Shown: positions 60,186 through 64,000 of the stretch, piece by piece | Layout: each line of letters begins with the position of its first letter | Position numbering within the stretch: the first letter of the stretch is position 1 | Assembly: GCA_964412955.1 (NCBI GenBank) | Contig: CAYPQV010000020.1 | Span: 3,023 to 67,022, forward strand | From: an uncultured Hyphomicrobiales bacterium | Lineage (GTDB): Bacteria > Pseudomonadota > Alphaproteobacteria > Rhodospirillales > 2-12-FULL-67-15 | Direction of reading: 5' to 3' | Length of the DNA: 64,000 bases | Program-made: the position numbers and the translations under genes | The notes under the pieces: model-generated | The model's database searches: none | Seen by the model: only the letters and a program-made list of their open reading frames with translations | What the model was told of the DNA's origin: nothing

Positions 60186-61234
60186 GCGCGAAAGCCAAGG
60201 ACGAACGCCTGACGGCGGGCCGCGAAATACGCGACGACGCCCACGACGTGTCCTTGCGTCCGCAAACCTTGAAGGAATTCGTCGGCCAGACCCAGGTCTG
60301 CGCCAACCTGAAGGTGTTCGTCGAAGCCGCGCGCGCGCGGGCCGAAGCCCTCGACCACGTTTTCCTGCACGGCCCGCCCGGACTCGGCAAGACCACGCTC
60401 GCCCAGATCGTCGCGCGCGAATTGGGCGTCGGCTTCCGCGCCACCTCGGGGCCGGTGCTGGCCAAGGCGGGCGATCTCGCCGCCATCCTCACCAATCTTC
60501 AGCCGCGCGACGTGCTGTTCATCGACGAAATCCACCGGCTCAATCCGGCGGTCGAGGAAATCCTCTATCCGGCGATGGAGGACTTCCAGCTCGATCTCGT
60601 CATCGGCGAGGGGCCGGCCGCGCGCTCGATCCGCATCGACCTGCCGGCCTTCACCCTGGTCGGCGCGACCACGCGCTCAGGGCTCATCGCGACGCCGTTG
60701 CGCGAGCGGTTCGGCATTCCGCTCCGCCTCCAGTTCTATTCGCCCGACGAGCTGGTGCGGATCGTGCGCCGGGGCGCCGGCATCCTCGGCCTCGATCTCA
60801 CCGCCGATGGCGCTGCCGAAATCGCCAAGCGCGCGCGCGGCACGCCGCGCGTCGCCGGAAGGCTGCTGCGCCGGGTGCGCGATTTCGCGGCAGTCGCCGG
60901 CGAAAGCCCGGTCGACGCCAAGGCCGCCGACGCGGCGCTGAAAAGGATGGAAGTGGACGGGCGCGGGCTCGACGCCCAAGACCGGCGCTATCTCGCCTGC
61001 ATCGCCGAGAACTACGGCGGCGGGCCGGTCGGGATCGAAACGCTGGCCGCCGCGCTGGCCGAGGAGCGCGACACCCTGGAAGACGTGGTCGAGCCCTACC
61101 TGATCCAGCAGGGCTTCGTCATGCGCACCCCGCGCGGCCGCGCGCTGGCGGCGGAAGGCTACCGGCACATGGGGCTGAAGGCGCCCGCCTCGCTCGCCCA
61201 GTTGACGCTGCTCGCGGAGGGCGACGATGGCTAA
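60182..61234 (+). CDS. ruvB: Holliday junction helicase
   Basis: [28 protein letters not shown]. Confidence 0.97.
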   Translation: MSAKAKDERLTAGREIRDDAHDVSLRPQTLKEFVGQTQVCANLKVFVEAARARAEALDHVFLHGPPGLGKTTLAQIVARELGVGFRATSGPVLAKAGDLAAILTNLQPRDVLFIDEIHRLNPAVEEILYPAMEDFQLDLVIGEGPAARSIRIDLPAFTLVGATTRSGLIATPLRERFGIPLRLQFYSPDELVRIVRRGAGILGLDLTADGAAEIAKRARGTPRVAGRLLRRVRDFAAVAGESPVDAKAADAALKRMEVDGRGLDAQDRRYLACIAENYGGGPVGIETLAAALAEERDTLEDVVEPYLIQQGFVMRTPRGRALAAEGYRHMGLKAPASLAQLTLLAEGDDG

Positions 61235-61733
61235 GGCGAAAGCGAAAGAGGGACTTGCCGCGGCGGCGGACGAGCATATCTTCCGCCTGCGCGTTTATTA
61301 CGAGGACACCGACGCGGGCGGCGTCGTCTACTATGCCAATTATCTGCGTTTCGCCGAGCGGGCGCGAACCGAAATGCTGCGCGACCGGGGCATCGAAAGC
61401 TCGCGGCTGATGGCCGAGGAAGGAGTCGCCTTCGCCGTGCGCCGCTGCGCCGCCGACTATCTCAGGCCGGCCAGGCTCGACGACCGGCTCGAAGTGCGCA
61501 CCCGTCTCAAGGCGCTGGGCGGGGCCTCGCTCGACCTGGAACAGAGGATCGTGCGCGAAGCCGATGGGGCCGAGGCGGTCCGCCTCGATCTTACGCTCGC
61601 GTGCATGACTTTGGCCGGCAAGGCGGCCCGGATTCCGGCGACGGTGCGCGGGCGAATCCCCGCGCGCCTTGAAAAGACACGCCCCGATAAAGACACACCC
61701 CGTCGCGGCGCGCGGGCGTTTACACGAAATTAA
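61227..61733 (+). CDS. ybgC: Tol-Pal-associated acyl-CoA thioesterase
   Basis: [18 protein letters not shown]. Confidence 0.92.
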   Translation: MAKAKAKEGLAAAADEHIFRLRVYYEDTDAGGVVYYANYLRFAERARTEMLRDRGIESSRLMAEEGVAFAVRRCAADYLRPARLDDRLEVRTRLKALGGASLDLEQRIVREADGAEAVRLDLTLACMTLAGKAARIPATVRGRIPARLEKTRPDKDTPRRGARAFTRN

Positions 61734-61734
61734 C
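61718..61734. promoter_or_regulatory. Near-consensus CtrA box upstream of tolQ
   Basis: G-TTTA-CACGAAA-TTAAC, one mismatch. Confidence 0.5.
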
Positions 61735-61758
61735 GGTACGGAACGGTAGGATCGCACG

Positions 61759-62502
<744 letters not shown>

Positions 62503-62505
62503 GCC

Positions 62506-62991
62506 GTGGGCGCTTCGTTGCAATCGTCGTCGCGGGCGCGCTGGGGCCGCGGCGCCCGGCGCAAGCCCATGTCGGAGATCAACGTCACGCCGATGGTCGA
62601 CGTGATGCTGGTGCTCCTGATCATCTTCATGGTGACGGCGCCGCTGCTCACCGTCGGCGTGCAGGTCGACCTGCCGCAGACCCGCGCCGCGGTCATTCCC
62701 GGCAAGGACGAGCCGATCTCGGTCAGCGTCAACCGCGAGGGCAAGATTTTCATCCAGGATACCGAGGTCGAACTGGCCGCGCTCGGCGCGCGGCTTTCCG
62801 CCATCGCCGGCAACAACCCGGACGCGCGCATCTTCGTGCGCGGCGACAAGGGCATCAACTACGGCCGGGTGATGGAAACCATGGGCGCGATCAACGCCGC
62901 CGGGTTCGCCAAGGTCGCGCTGGTTTCCGAGCAGGCGCCGGAATCGCGCCGCCCGCCGCGCCGGGCGGGAGGCGGCGGGACGAAGAAGTAG
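62506..62991 (+). CDS. tolR: TolR
   Basis: EINVTPMVDVMLVLLIIFMV. Confidence 0.95.
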   Translation: MGASLQSSSRARWGRGARRKPMSEINVTPMVDVMLVLLIIFMVTAPLLTVGVQVDLPQTRAAVIPGKDEPISVSVNREGKIFIQDTEVELAALGARLSAIAGNNPDARIFVRGDKGINYGRVMETMGAINAAGFAKVALVSEQAPESRRPPRRAGGGGTKK

Positions 62992-63015
62992 GATAACGCC
63001 CCCGGGGTTCGGGCC

Positions 63016-63903
63016 ATGCGCCGCAACATCATCCTTTCGCTCTTGTTCCACGCGACCGTCATCTTCGTCGCGATCGTCGGCCTGCCCGACATGAGCAAGC
63101 GCGAGCTGAACCTCGATCGCCCGATCACCGTCGACATCGTCAACGTCGCGCCCGAAACCAACGCGCCGCCGCCCGCGCCGCCGCGGCCCGAGCCGAAGCC
63201 GGAGCCGCCCAAGGCCCAGCCGACGCCGCCCCCGCCGCCTCCGCCGCCCCAGGCCGCGCCGCCGCCCCCGCCGCCGCCTCCGCCGCCCAAGCCACGGGCG
63301 GAACCGGCGCCCGCGCCCACGCCCAAGCCCGAACCGGCCAAGGCGAAGCCGAAGGAAGAGACGCGCCCGCCCGAGCCCCGGCTCGCCAAGGTCCAGCCCA
63401 AGCGCAAGCCGCCGCCGCCGGACGAGATGGCCTCGGTCCTGAAGACCCTGGAAGAGATCAAGCAGCGGCCGACCAAGACCGACGACAAGGCCAAGGACCG
63501 CAAGAAGCCCCCGCCGCCCGAAGAGAAATTCGACGTCGCCGAAATCCAGAAGGCGCTGTCCCAGCGCCCGCGTCCGCACGATCCTTCCAAGGCGCTCTCG
63601 ATCAGCGAGATCGACCTGGTGCGCCGGCAGATCGAGCAATGCTGGAGCCTGCCGGCCGGGGCCAAGGACGCCCACAAGATGACGGTCGAGGTCCGGGTGG
63701 TCATGAACCAGGACGGCACGGTGCGCGAGGCCAACTTGCTCGAGCAGGCCCGGACCCTGATCGACCCGTTCTACCGGGCGATGGCGGAAAGCGTCATCAG
63801 GGCGGTGTTGAATCCGCGCTGCCAACCCTTCAAGCTGCCTCCGGATCGTTACGACGTGTGGCAGACCATGGTATTGAACTTCGATCCGCGGGGAATCCTA
63901 TGA
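63016..63903 (+). CDS. tolA: TolA-like protein
   Basis: N-terminal TM with SLLFH, Pro-rich linker, C-terminal CW..P..FDP domain. Confidence 0.85.
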   Translation: MRRNIILSLLFHATVIFVAIVGLPDMSKRELNLDRPITVDIVNVAPETNAPPPAPPRPEPKPEPPKAQPTPPPPPPPPQAAPPPPPPPPPPKPRAEPAPAPTPKPEPAKAKPKEETRPPEPRLAKVQPKRKPPPPDEMASVLKTLEEIKQRPTKTDDKAKDRKKPPPPEEKFDVAEIQKALSQRPRPHDPSKALSISEIDLVRRQIEQCWSLPAGAKDAHKMTVEVRVVMNQDGTVREANLLEQARTLIDPFYRAMAESVIRAVLNPRCQPFKLPPDRYDVWQTMVLNFDPRGIL

Positions 63904-64000
63904 CGGAGAAATTGGATCGAAAGGGAAGGGACCGGCGCCGGGTCGCGACCATGGCCGCGGCCGGGCTGGGCGTCGGCGCGCTGGGCGGGCTCGGGATCGC
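63900..64000 (+). CDS. Start of next gene, probably TolB signal region (truncated)
   Basis: ATG overlaps tolA TGA; basic then hydrophobic N-terminus; identity inferred from position only. Confidence 0.5.
   Translation, partial: MTEKLDRKGRDRRRVATMAAAGLGVGALGGLGI

Noticed and set aside
63160..63420. CCG-rich DNA repeats in tolA (and in the OmpA-like gene)
   Set aside because: Explained by Pro-rich protein linkers

Overview
High-GC alphaproteobacterial chromosome segment (Rhodospirillales-like, judged from gene content and order). It is mostly core housekeeping genes: alaS 3' end, MoxR/VWA pair, cheZ-like, pyk, ior, pepF, pntAB, rpsU, def, purEK, acyl-CoA synthetases, trcR, rpmE, cyaY, suhB, efp/epmAB, thiE, gap, zapA, ygfA, ymdB, yebC-ruvCAB-ybgC-tolQRA. 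No CRISPR array, tRNA, rRNA, transposase or integrase was seen. The most notable signal lies in a ~3.7 kb insert between ymdB and yebC. There, two convergent orphan genes each carry a perfect alphaproteobacterial LexA box (GAAC-N7-GAAC). One is a Cys-rich lipoprotein. The other joins an N-terminal motif resembling a phage-scaffold coat-binding helix to a LECT2-like M23 peptidase. I infer a candidate SOS-induced peptidoglycan-effector/immunity module. Other points of interest: a MmgR/suhB-like sRNA with a CtrA box over its promoter, a possible leader peptide/attenuator, a self-contained MerR-thioredoxin-CcdA-like operon with a mer-type operator, a dihaem cytochrome c coupled to pntB, a 33-aa membrane microprotein, and no room for 6S RNA at its usual zapA-ygfA site. 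All family calls come from motif recognition by eye; no searches were run.
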